A stretch of 64,000 bases of DNA. Origin: Actinomycetota bacterium. GTDB lineage: Bacteria; Actinomycetota; Nitriliruptoria; Nitriliruptorales; JAHWKO01. The first letter of the stretch is position 1, and each line of letters opens with the position of its first letter. A program made the position numbers and the translations under genes. The DNA is taken from assembly GCA_019347675.1 (NCBI GenBank), contig JAHWKW010000014.1, forward strand, positions 54,013 through 118,012, in the 5' to 3' direction. The notes under the pieces are model-generated. The model was not told where the DNA came from and did no database searches. It was given only the letters and a program-made list of their open reading frames with translations. This document shows, in pieces, positions 1 to 8,482 of this stretch.

Positions 1-1145
1 GTGCGGGCCCGGCAGGGACCGCGGCGGCGCTCGCGGCGAAACAGGCCCGCCCCGACGCCAGCGTCCTGGTCGTGGACAAGGCAACGTTCCCACGCGACAA
101 GACCTGCGGTGACGCGATCGGCCCACAGGCCCACGGCGAACTGCGGGCGCTGGGTGCGCCGGACGTCCTGAAGCCAGACGAGCGGGTGACGCGGTTCCGC
201 CTGCGTGGCCCCCGCGGCGCCGACGCGAGTGGCGTCCCCGGTGTCACCGGGTACGTGGTGCCTCGCGAGCAGTTCGACGCGCGGCTGGTCGAGACCGCCC
301 GGGACCGGGGCACGGAACTCGTCACCGAGCCGGTGGCAACGGTGACGTGCGTCGGCGACGACGTCGTGGTCAACGGGCGGTGGCACGCCAGGACGGTGAT
401 CGCCGCTGACGGGGCCCACTCGACGGTCCGCCGCGTGCTGTCACCTCAGGCTCGGCCGGCACCACAGCGCACCGATCGCGCAGGCGGCGGCGACCGCGGT
501 CTGGCCGTGGCCGTCCGCGGGTACGCACCGGCCGTCCCCGGTCGGGACGAGTTGCTGATCGCGTGGCAGGCCGGGGGCGGCCTGCGCTACGTCTGGTCGT
601 TCCCGACCTGCGACGGCCGCCTCAACGTCGGGTCGTGCGCACCCGTGGGAGGGTTCACCGGCGGGCGGCGGGAGCTGATGGAGCGGGTCAGGAAGGTCCT
701 CCCCGACGTCGACATCGACCGCAGCACGCTGCGAGGTCACCTCCTGCCGCTGTCGACCTCGATCGCTCCCCTGACCACCGGCCCGGTGCTGTACGCCGGC
801 GACGCGGCCTCCCTGATCAACCCGCTCTCCGGGGAGGGCATCTTCTACGCCCTCGCCTCGGGTCGCCTCGCGGGTGAAGCGGCGGCCACCGCACCCGACC
901 CCGCTGCCACGTACCGACGGAGGTTGCGCACGCGGTTGGGGCGCCACTGGCGCCACACCCGCATCCTCGCACGCCTGCTCGACGTGCCCTGGACCGTCCA
1001 GGCCACGCTGGCGGCCGCCGCGACACCGGCGATCTTCGACCTACTGGTCGACGTGGCGTTGGGCGACGGGACCTTCCGGCCCCGTCATCTACCCGCGGTC
1101 GTGGCCGCGTGTCTGCGGGGTGGCAAGGAGACGCGTCGCCGCTAG
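1..1145 (+). CDS. geranylgeranyl reductase family FAD-dependent oxidoreductase (5' end outside window)
   Basis: Frame 3 is open from base 3 (AGPAGTAAALAAKQ, dinucleotide-binding region) and runs into track ORF 72..1145. The GDAASLINPLSGEGI motif near the C-terminus is typical of GG-reductase/FixC-type flavoproteins. Confidence 0.75.
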   Translation, partial: AGPAGTAAALAAKQARPDASVLVVDKATFPRDKTCGDAIGPQAHGELRALGAPDVLKPDERVTRFRLRGPRGADASGVPGVTGYVVPREQFDARLVETARDRGTELVTEPVATVTCVGDDVVVNGRWHARTVIAADGAHSTVRRVLSPQARPAPQRTDRAGGGDRGLAVAVRGYAPAVPGRDELLIAWQAGGGLRYVWSFPTCDGRLNVGSCAPVGGFTGGRRELMERVRKVLPDVDIDRSTLRGHLLPLSTSIAPLTTGPVLYAGDAASLINPLSGEGIFYALASGRLAGEAAATAPDPAATYRRRLRTRLGRHWRHTRILARLLDVPWTVQATLAAAATPAIFDLLVDVALGDGTFRPRHLPAVVAACLRGGKETRRR

Positions 1146-1170
1146 CGACGAAGGCGTCCGAGGGGGCCAC

Positions 1171-2244
1171 ATGACGACGCGCACGGAGCGGGACCCCGAG
1201 CACCCCGGGGCGGTGATGGCCCAGGAGATGGCGGAACAGCCCGAGGTCATCGCTGGGCTGGTCGCGCGCCGGGATGAGATCGCTGCCACCGTCGCCGCGA
1301 CGTTGCCGCAACGGCACGTCGGGACCGTCCTGGTCGCAAGGGGGTCGTCGGATTACGCAGCCGTCTACGCCCGGTACGCGCTGGAGGCCATCGGCGGTCG
1401 GCACGCGGCTCTGGCGGCTGCGAGCCTGCACACGCGGTACCGGGTGACGACCGACCTCGATGGTTTCCTCGCGATCGGGGTGAGCCAGTCCGGCCGCACG
1501 CCCGAGATCGTCGAGACCCTCGAGCGGATGGGCGGATGCGGGGCGCGGACGCTGGCGGTGACCAACGACGCGGGTTCGCCGCTGGCGAACGTGGCCGACG
1601 GGGTCCTCGCCCTGGGCGCCGGAGAGGAGGTCGCGGTCCCGGCCACCAAGACGTTCACCGGGCAGGTCACGGCGTTCGCGCTCCTCGCGGAGGCGCTCGG
1701 TGGGACGCCCCGCTGGCCTCGTACCGACTGGGACCGCACCGTGGACGTCGTCGGTGAGCTGCTCACCGACGTCGAGGCGCCCGCCGCCGCCGCGGAGGTC
1801 CTCCGTGATGTCCAACGGCTGCTGTCGGTGGGACGTGGCTACCTCTACGCGGTGGCCCTCGAAGCCGCCCTGAAGATCGCCGAGACGACGTCGGTGCTCG
1901 CCACCGGCTGGTCCCCCCCGGACCTGCTCCACGGTCCGATCGCGATGGCTGGCCAGCAGCTGCACGTGTTGTGCCACGCCACACCCGGTCCCACGTTCGC
2001 CGACGTGGCGGAGGCCGCCGCCGCGCTGCGGGAGCGGGGCGCCACCGTGTCGGCCGTGACGCAGCCCGACGCCGACCTGCCGGTCGACGGAGCCTTGCTG
2101 GCCGTTCCGGCCGGGATCCCCGAACCGCTGACGCCGCTGGTGTACGTGGTCCGGGCGCAGCAGCTGGCCTGGTACCTCGCCGGATTGCGCGGCATCGACC
2201 CCGACCATCCCCCGAGCCTGCAGAAGGTGACACAGACGCGCTGA
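1171..2244 (+). CDS. SIS domain sugar-phosphate isomerase/aminotransferase-like protein (GlmS C-terminal / AgaS-FrlB type)
   Basis: ATG 1171 is preceded by GAGGGGG. The N-terminus MAQEMAEQPEVI and the GVSQSGRTPE motif indicate tandem SIS domains. The upstream part of track ORF 874..2244 is Arg/Pro-rich junk overlapping the previous gene. Confidence 0.7.
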   Translation: MTTRTERDPEHPGAVMAQEMAEQPEVIAGLVARRDEIAATVAATLPQRHVGTVLVARGSSDYAAVYARYALEAIGGRHAALAAASLHTRYRVTTDLDGFLAIGVSQSGRTPEIVETLERMGGCGARTLAVTNDAGSPLANVADGVLALGAGEEVAVPATKTFTGQVTAFALLAEALGGTPRWPRTDWDRTVDVVGELLTDVEAPAAAAEVLRDVQRLLSVGRGYLYAVALEAALKIAETTSVLATGWSPPDLLHGPIAMAGQQLHVLCHATPGPTFADVAEAAAALRERGATVSAVTQPDADLPVDGALLAVPAGIPEPLTPLVYVVRAQQLAWYLAGLRGIDPDHPPSLQKVTQTR

Positions 2245-2275
2245 GGCTGGCGCGATCGCCAACCGCACGCGCCTG

Positions 2276-3139
2276 TCACTCAGCTGAGAGCTGCTCCGCG
2301 TCGAGCATCTCGCAGCTGGCCTCGTACGCGAGCTCCATCCGTCGCTCCGCGTCCGTGAAGTCCCGGTAACGCATCCGGTCGAGGACGTCGAAGCGCGGTG
2401 GGTCGGCCTCCCCGGTCGGCAGGACGTGGACGAGCACACCGTCCGGCAGGGTGGCGATGTCGTGGTGGAAACGGTGACGTCGGGACAGCTCGAAGGTCAC
2501 CATCGCGACCTCCCAGACGTTGGTGGGCGGCTCGAGGGGACGCTCCACCCGCCCCACGTGCAGCACGTACATCTCCGTCGCACCGAGCTCAACCGCCCGG
2601 GAGACCGGGATGGCGTTGACGATCCCCCCGTCGAGGAAGTGCTCACCGTCGATCTCGACCACCGGGAGCAGCCCGGGTGACGCGGCCGATGCGAGAACAG
2701 CGTCCACGACCGGGCCACTGGAGAACCAGTGCTCGGCGGCCTGCTCGATGCTCGACGCGACGCACTGGAACGGCACCGTGAGATCCTCGAACCGGGGTGG
2801 GACCATCCCCTGGATCAATTCACGCAGCGGCTCGTTGGAGTGCACGTGGCTGCCCGTGCGGAGCAGGTTCGCGGCGCGGTCGAGGAGCGAGCCGCTGAAC
2901 AGGTCGTGGCTCTCCAACTCCCGCCAGATGTCGGCGAGCTTCTCGATCATCTCCAGGGCGGGGTCGGCGGCCACGGCCACGCCGTTGACTGCGCCGACGG
3001 ACGCGCCGACCACCAGGTCCGGTCGGATGCCTCGCTCCAGCAGCGCGCGGAGCATGCCGACCTCGTAGGAACCGATGTTCCCGCCGCCCCCGAGGACGAA
3101 CGCCACCGTCGGTGAGGACGGCAGGGTCTGATCGTCCAC
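2276..3139 (-). CDS. patatin-like phospholipase family protein
   Basis: Carries the oxyanion GGGGNIGSYEVG, the nucleophile elbow GASVGA (GxSxG) and a downstream DGG catalytic Asp motif. Confidence 0.8.
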   Translation of the reverse strand: MDDQTLPSSPTVAFVLGGGGNIGSYEVGMLRALLERGIRPDLVVGASVGAVNGVAVAADPALEMIEKLADIWRELESHDLFSGSLLDRAANLLRTGSHVHSNEPLRELIQGMVPPRFEDLTVPFQCVASSIEQAAEHWFSSGPVVDAVLASAASPGLLPVVEIDGEHFLDGGIVNAIPVSRAVELGATEMYVLHVGRVERPLEPPTNVWEVAMVTFELSRRHRFHHDIATLPDGVLVHVLPTGEADPPRFDVLDRMRYRDFTDAERRMELAYEASCEMLDAEQLSAE

Positions 3140-3251
3140 CTTACGTCCACCTCCGCAGAACCTCGACGTCTCGCAGACGCCTCCGTGAGGCGCTGCCCCC
3201 GTCCGGCATCGCCACTATGCCCAGCCGATCCGCCGTCAGGGAGCCGTCGGC

Positions 3252-4238
3252 GTGGACGCCGGCCGGGTCCTCTACGTTCGACGCAGCGGGAACCCGGGGG
3301 AGTGCGTGTTCGGCCTCAACATCGATCCCAGCGCCGACCGGCTCGAGCTCGCCTTCGACCTCGTCGCCGTGGCGGAGGCGGCCGGACTGGACCTGGTGGC
3401 GGTCCAGGACCATCCCTACCACCGCCGCCACCTCGACACGTGGACCCTGCTCACGGTCCTGGCCAGCCGCACCGCCCGCGTCAACGTCATGCCCAACGTG
3501 GCCAACCTGCCCCTGCGGGGCCCACAGATGCTGGCCAAGAGCGCCGCGTCGCTCGCGTCCCTCACCGGCGGGAGGATCGAGTTGGGGATCGGCGCCGGGT
3601 CACAGTGGGACGCGGTCGCCGCCTACGGCGGCCCGCGGCGGTCTCCCGGCGAGGCGGTCGACGCGTTGGAAGAGGCCCTGGACGTGATCGAGGCGCTGTG
3701 GGACGGCGACCGCCGGTCCGCCACCGTCGAGGGTGTGCACTACCGGCTCGACGGGGCGCGGCCTGGACCGGTGCCTGGGGAACCGATCCGGATCTGGATC
3801 GGCGGGTACGGTCCGCGGATGCTGCGGCTGGTCGGCCGCCGCGCCGACGGCTGGACCGCATCATTATCCTTCGCCCCGCCCGAGCGCATCCCCGACATGC
3901 AGCGCACCGTCGATGAGGCCGCGCAGGAGGCCGGCCGCGAACCGGCTGGTGTCCGGCGCAACTACAACGTGATGGGGCGCCTGGACCCGGATGCCGATCG
4001 GCAGGAGGGTGACCGCCTGTCCGGCCCGGCCGACCACTGGGTCGACGTGCTGTGCCGCTACGCCGATGAGCTCCGCTTCGACACGTTGGTGTTCTGGCCG
4101 CTGGACGGCGACGAGGTCGACCAGGCCCGCCGCTTCGCTGGTGACGTGGTCCCGCGCGTCTGCGAGCGGTTGGGCGACCAGCACCCGTGTGTGGACGGGT
4201 CGGAGGCGGCACGCGAGCGTCCGGGCGGGTACTTGTGA
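3252..4238 (+). CDS. LLM class (luciferase-like) flavin/F420-dependent oxidoreductase
   Basis: Luciferase-like TIM-barrel signature (LVAVQDHPY, IELGIGAG, IWIGGYGPRMLRL). The start is uncertain; GTG 3306 before VFGLNIDP is an alternative. Confidence 0.7.
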   Translation: MDAGRVLYVRRSGNPGECVFGLNIDPSADRLELAFDLVAVAEAAGLDLVAVQDHPYHRRHLDTWTLLTVLASRTARVNVMPNVANLPLRGPQMLAKSAASLASLTGGRIELGIGAGSQWDAVAAYGGPRRSPGEAVDALEEALDVIEALWDGDRRSATVEGVHYRLDGARPGPVPGEPIRIWIGGYGPRMLRLVGRRADGWTASLSFAPPERIPDMQRTVDEAAQEAGREPAGVRRNYNVMGRLDPDADRQEGDRLSGPADHWVDVLCRYADELRFDTLVFWPLDGDEVDQARRFAGDVVPRVCERLGDQHPCVDGSEAARERPGGYL

Positions 4239-4242
4239 CCGG

Positions 4243-5145
4243 TCATGCCAGACGGCCGTGGTTGGCCTCCCACTCCCCGACCAGTTCGGACAGCCGGTGC
4301 AGCTGCGACAGCTCCGCGACGCACGGCCACAGGATGACCTCGTCCATGCCGACGTCGGCGGCGGCGCCGAGCCGGTCGCGGACCTGCTCGGTCGAGGCCA
4401 GCATCTGTTCGGCGATCCCCTCGGCCCGCTCGCCGGCGAACGCGTAGTAGTCGCGCAGGACGTCGCGGCCCCGCTCGACCGTGGCGCCGTCACCCAACGC
4501 CCAGTACGCGCAGCCCACGAACCGGGGCTTGCCTGCGCGGGCGGCATCCCGCCAGGCAGCCACCGCCTCGTCGAACAGTTCACGCGCCCGCGCGGGCGGC
4601 AGGGCGCCTGCGATGAAACCGTCCGCCAGCCGCCCCGCCCGGCGGGCGGCACGCGGCGAGTACCCGCCGATCAGGACCTCGGGGCCGCCCGGCCGTCGCG
4701 GCGGCGGGCCCACCCCAGCGACCCCCTCGACCGGCGGCTGGCCGCTCCACACCCGTCGCAGGACCTCCAGCTGTTCCTCGAAGTGATCGGCGCGGCTGTG
4801 GAAGTCCACCCGGGACCCTGCCGCCAGGTAGTCCTCCTCCCGCCCGCCGATCCCGAACCCGACGGTGAGCCGCCCGCCGGACAACGCGTCGATGCTGGCC
4901 GTCTGCTTGGCGAGGAGCCCGGCGTGGCGGATGGGTGCGACCAGCACGGTCGTCGCGAGCCGGATCCGGGCCGTCACGCCGGCGCAGGCCGCGAGCGCGA
5001 CCAACGGCTCGTAGTTGCCGTACGCGATCCGGTCGATCACCGCCAGTGTCGACAACGGCGTCTGGTCGGCAGCGCGTGCCCACTCCACGACGGTCGCGCC
5101 GGGCGTGCCGGGGACGTTGGCGGGCAACCCGACCCCTACCTGCAC
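4243..5145 (-). CDS. LLM class F420-dependent oxidoreductase
   Basis: Motifs VGVGLP, LTVGFGIGGREEDY and VLIGGYSPRAARRAG. I prefer GTG 5145 (GGGAG about 9 nt upstream, giving VQVGVGLP). The longest ORF start is 5190. Confidence 0.7.
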   Translation of the reverse strand: MQVGVGLPANVPGTPGATVVEWARAADQTPLSTLAVIDRIAYGNYEPLVALAACAGVTARIRLATTVLVAPIRHAGLLAKQTASIDALSGGRLTVGFGIGGREEDYLAAGSRVDFHSRADHFEEQLEVLRRVWSGQPPVEGVAGVGPPPRRPGGPEVLIGGYSPRAARRAGRLADGFIAGALPPARARELFDEAVAAWRDAARAGKPRFVGCAYWALGDGATVERGRDVLRDYYAFAGERAEGIAEQMLASTEQVRDRLGAAADVGMDEVILWPCVAELSQLHRLSELVGEWEANHGRLA

Positions 5146-5294
5146 GTCGCAACTCCCTGCCGAGCCGGCCGACCCTACAGCGTCGACCACGCCGCGGGGG
5201 GCGCCCGCCGACCGCCGCAGCGACGACGCCGGCGCCCCGTCCGACCGGGGCAGCCACGACGCCCGGCCTTGCCCACACTGGCCATAGACGACCG

Positions 5295-5627
5295 ATGGGA
5301 CTCCCCGTGGAACCGCAGCAGGTGTACGCCGAGCGAGGACTGGTGCAGATCATCGACGTCCGCGGCGGCCAGGAGTGGGACGCCGGCCACATCGAGGCGG
5401 CCCACCACATCCCGCTCGACGAGCTCCGTGAGCGGCTCGATGAGGTCAGCGCCGGCCGAAAGACCATCACCGTCGACCGCGACGGAAGCCGGAGCGAGGA
5501 AGCAGCCGAGCTGCTACGCCTCGAGGGGTTCGACGCCGAGGCGATGGCGGGAGGACTGGGCCGCTGGTTCGACGAGGAGCTGCCGCTGGTGGCGACGTCA
5601 GGTGGCAGCGGAGGCGTCGCCCGGTGA
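5295..5627 (+). CDS. single-domain rhodanese-like protein (active-site Cys replaced by Asp)
   Basis: IIDVRGGQEWDAGHIEAAHHIPL and a C-terminal GGLGRW are rhodanese-fold motifs. The ATG at 5295 lies inside track ORF 4935..5627, whose upstream part is Arg-rich junk. Confidence 0.7.
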   Translation: MGLPVEPQQVYAERGLVQIIDVRGGQEWDAGHIEAAHHIPLDELRERLDEVSAGRKTITVDRDGSRSEEAAELLRLEGFDAEAMAGGLGRWFDEELPLVATSGGSGGVAR

Positions 5628-5658
5628 ACCAACCGACCAACGCAAGGAAGGTGGTGCG

Positions 5659-6129
5659 ATGCCAGCCAGGACAGTGCATCGGTTCCTCGACGAGCACGGC
5701 GTCGACTACGAGGTCCAGTCCCACGAGCGGGTGGTGGACGCACAGCGCCTGGCCGCCACGGAACACGTCACCGGCTGGAAGGTCGCCAAGCCCGTGATGC
5801 TCATCGTCGGCGACGAGCTGACGATGGCGGTGGTGCCGGCGGCGGTGTCGGTCGACTTGGACAAGGTCCGCCGTGTCCTCGGCCGAGACGAGGTGCGGCT
5901 GGCACGTGAGGACGAGTTCGCCGACGCGTTCCCCGACTGCGAGCCTGGAGCGGAGCCACCGTTCGGGAACCTCTACGGCCTGCCGGTGCTGTTCGATCCG
6001 ACGCTCGGCGACCGTGACCAGCTGGTGTGCCGCGACGGGTCACACACCGAGACGGTCACTCTTGTCACCGACGACTACCTGCGGCTGGTGGAGCCGCGGA
6101 TCGTCGACATCAGCACCGCCGCCGGCTGA
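5659..6129 (+). CDS. YbaK/EbsC-type aminoacyl-tRNA deacylase domain protein
   Basis: ATG 5659 with GGAAGGTGG upstream. A 157-aa product with YbaK-like features (KPVMLIVGDELTMAVVP, PPFGNLYGLPV). Confidence 0.65.
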   Translation: MPARTVHRFLDEHGVDYEVQSHERVVDAQRLAATEHVTGWKVAKPVMLIVGDELTMAVVPAAVSVDLDKVRRVLGRDEVRLAREDEFADAFPDCEPGAEPPFGNLYGLPVLFDPTLGDRDQLVCRDGSHTETVTLVTDDYLRLVEPRIVDISTAAG

Positions 6130-6218
6130 CCGGGCGCACCTCGAACGCCACCGATGCGACGAACTCCCCGACCGGACGTCGGATGCGTCGCCGCCGGCTT
6201 CACGAAGGTCCGCGTTCG

Positions 6219-6335
6219 GACGTTGACACCCACGGCCGCGTCCGGAAACGTGGACTTGATCGCCGTGGGCCGGTCGCCGGTCGTCTGTGTCCACGTTCCC
6301 ACGATCGGCCCGGCACCGCGACGTTGACGTTGACC
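6219..6335. promoter_or_regulatory. array of five ACGTKGAC motifs (one inverted) plus TTGACA/TTGACG/TTGACC boxes upstream of fabD
   Basis: ACGTTGAC at 6220, 6321 and 6327; ACGTGGAC at 6248; its reverse complement GTCCACGT at 6289. A perfect TTGACA sits at 6223-6228. All lie within 145 nt of the fabD ATG. Confidence 0.3.
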
Positions 6336-6360
6336 CGCCAGAAGGAAGAGGATCCGCCCG

Positions 6361-7296
6361 ATGAGCATCGCGATGGTCTTCCCCGGGCAGGGGTCGCACC
6401 GCCAAGGGATGGCCTCAGCCTGGCGAGGCCACACCGCCTTCTCCACCTTCGCGGAGGTCGGTCGCGTCGCCGGCCTCGACGACTTCGTCGGCCTCGCCGA
6501 CGACCCGGACGCGTGCGCCGCCACCGACGTCGCCCAGCCAGCGGTGTTCGCGGTCGATGTCGCGGCGTGGCGGGCGCTCCGGGACGCGGGGGTCACCCCC
6601 GACGTGGTCGCCGGCCACAGCCTGGGTGAGATCGCTGCCGCGGTCGCCGCCCGCGCCCTGTCGGTGCCCGCCGGCGCATCCGTGGTGATCGAGCGCGGCC
6701 GTGCGTTCGCCGACGCGGTGTCGGAGAACCCGGGGAAGATGGCTGCGGTGCTGGGGCTCGACCGTGACACCGTGGAGAAGGCCATCGCCGGGATCGACGG
6801 CGTCATCGTCGCCAACGACAACGCCCCCGACCAGGTCGTCGTGTCGGGTCCGCCCGACGCGGTCGACGCGGCCGCGGAGGCCTGTCAGGAGGCCGGCGGG
6901 CGGGTCCGGGACCTCGACGTGGAGGGCGCGTTCCACACCGAGTTGATGGCGTCAGCCCGTGACCGGCTCGAGAAGCGGCTGGACGAGCTGCAGATGGTCG
7001 ACCCCGACGTCCCGCTGGTCTCGGGCGCCACCGCCGACCAGGCGACCACCGCCGACGACGTCCGGGAAGTGATCATCGACGGGGTGCTGTCCCCGGTTCG
7101 TTGGCGCGAGGTCCAGCAACGTCTGGCGGCCATGGAGACCCGGCTGGTGATCGAGGCCGGTCCCGGAGACGTTCTTTCCGGCTTGGCACGCCGGACCCTG
7201 TCCGATGACGTCGAGATCGTCTCGGTGGGGACCCCGGACGACCTCGACGCGGCGATCTCGGCCGCGACGAGCATCCGCAAGAGCGAGGAGGGATGA
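6361..7296 (+). CDS. fabD: malonyl CoA-acyl carrier protein transacylase
   Basis: N-terminus FPGQGSHRQGM, nucleophile GHSLGE, and a length of about 310 aa. Position as first gene of the fab cluster. Confidence 0.9.
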   Translation: MSIAMVFPGQGSHRQGMASAWRGHTAFSTFAEVGRVAGLDDFVGLADDPDACAATDVAQPAVFAVDVAAWRALRDAGVTPDVVAGHSLGEIAAAVAARALSVPAGASVVIERGRAFADAVSENPGKMAAVLGLDRDTVEKAIAGIDGVIVANDNAPDQVVVSGPPDAVDAAAEACQEAGGRVRDLDVEGAFHTELMASARDRLEKRLDELQMVDPDVPLVSGATADQATTADDVREVIIDGVLSPVRWREVQQRLAAMETRLVIEAGPGDVLSGLARRTLSDDVEIVSVGTPDDLDAAISAATSIRKSEEG

Positions 7297-7427
7297 CCGC
7301 GGCGCGCCCGCCCACGACCCGGAACACGATGAACACGATGAACACGATGAACACGATGGACGTGATGACGATGCCGACCTGCACAGCGCGACCCGGAGAG
7401 CGACCCGGAGAGGAAGTCCGTCGATGA
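7293..7427 (+). CDS. candidate 44-codon sORF (MTAARPPTTRNTMNTMNTMNTMDVMTMPTCTARPGERPGEEVRR) coupled to fabD and fabH
   Basis: ATG 7293 overlaps the fabD stop (ATGA). The frame stays open to TGA 7425-7427, which overlaps the fabH ATG (ATGA). GAGGAGGG lies directly upstream. It contains two tandem repeats with 3n unit lengths. Rare codons in the tail argue against coding. Confidence 0.3.
   Translation: MTAARPPTTRNTMNTMNTMNTMDVMTMPTCTARPGERPGEEVRR
7323..7358. repeat. perfect 9-bp tandem repeat AACACGATG x4 (degenerate copies continue to about 7373)
   Basis: Read directly from the sequence: aacacgatg aacacgatg aacacgatg aacacgatg gacgtgatg acgatg. Confidence 0.95.
7389..7412. repeat. perfect 12-bp tandem repeat CGACCCGGAGAG x2
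   Basis: Read directly from the sequence: cgacccggagag cgacccggagag, 12 nt before the fabH ATG. Confidence 0.9.
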
Positions 7428-8482
7428 CGATCCCGCTGACCACCGAACGCCCGTCGCGAGCCGAACTCGCGCCCGGTCGGCTGCCCGTGGGCATCATCGG
7501 GCTCGGGATCGCGGTGCCCGACCAGGTGGTCACCAACCACGACTGGGAAGAGGCACTCGACACCAGCGACGAGTGGATCCGCACCCGCACGGGGATCGTC
7601 GAGCGGCGGCGCATCGCCGAGGACGACGCGACCTCCGACCTGGCCATCCGGGCTGGCGAGGCGGCCCTGGCCGAAGCCGGCGTGGACGTCGACGACCTCG
7701 GCGCCATCATCGTGGCCACCACCACACCGGACTACATCTGCCCGCAGACCGCGCCGATCGTGGCGGCGGGCCTGGAAACCAACGTCGCGGCCTTCGACGT
7801 CGGCGCGGCGTGCAGCGGGTTCATCTACGGCCTGTCGGTTGCAGCCTCGACCGTCGTGGCCTACGACCCCCGGCCGATCCTGCTGATCGGCGCCGAGGCG
7901 ATGACCCGGCTGATGGACGACCAGGACCGCTCCACCGCGGTGCTGTTCGGCGACGGCGCCGGCGCGTGCGTGCTGGCCGCGGAGAGCGGGGGAGGCACGC
8001 TCGGGCCCTTCGAGATGGGCTCCGACGGTGACCTCGCCGACGCGCTGATCATCCCCGCCGGGGGCAGCCGCAACCCTGCCAGCCAGGAGACCGTCGCCGA
8101 GCGGCAGCACTACCTGACCATGAGCGGGAGCGAGATCTACAAGCACGCGGTGACCCGCATGACCTCGTCGGCTCGGTCGGTGCTGGACCGGGCCGGGATG
8201 GACATCGACGACATCGACCTGGTGGTCGGCCACCAGGCCAACGCCCGCATCCTCAACGCGGTGGCGGATCGGCTGGGCGTGGACGAAGATCGCGCGTTCA
8301 TCGACGTGGACCGCTATGGCAACACCTCAGCCGCCTCGATCCCCCTGGCGCTGGTCGACGCGCGTGAACAGGGCCTGCTGCCGGCCGGGGCGACCGTCCT
8401 GCTCACCGCGTTCGGCGCCGGCCTGACCTGGGCCTCGTGCCTGGTGACCTTCTCCGACGGAGACCCGGAGGTGACCCCGTGA
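7424..8482 (+). CDS. fabH: beta-ketoacyl-ACP synthase III
   Basis: SDEWIRTRTGIVERR, active-site context AACSGF, and C-terminal GHQANARIL and YGNTSAASIPLAL. ATG 7424 lies within track ORF 7205..8482. Confidence 0.9.
   Translation: MTIPLTTERPSRAELAPGRLPVGIIGLGIAVPDQVVTNHDWEEALDTSDEWIRTRTGIVERRRIAEDDATSDLAIRAGEAALAEAGVDVDDLGAIIVATTTPDYICPQTAPIVAAGLETNVAAFDVGAACSGFIYGLSVAASTVVAYDPRPILLIGAEAMTRLMDDQDRSTAVLFGDGAGACVLAAESGGGTLGPFEMGSDGDLADALIIPAGGSRNPASQETVAERQHYLTMSGSEIYKHAVTRMTSSARSVLDRAGMDIDDIDLVVGHQANARILNAVADRLGVDEDRAFIDVDRYGNTSAASIPLALVDAREQGLLPAGATVLLTAFGAGLTWASCLVTFSDGDPEVTP

Noticed and set aside
7205-7423. Possible N-terminal extension of FabH containing an EHDEHDEHDEHD repeat (track ORF start 7205).
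   Set aside because: It would overlap the last 92 nt of fabD. FabH homology begins only after ATG 7424. The repeat is better explained as part of the spacer/sORF described in the findings.
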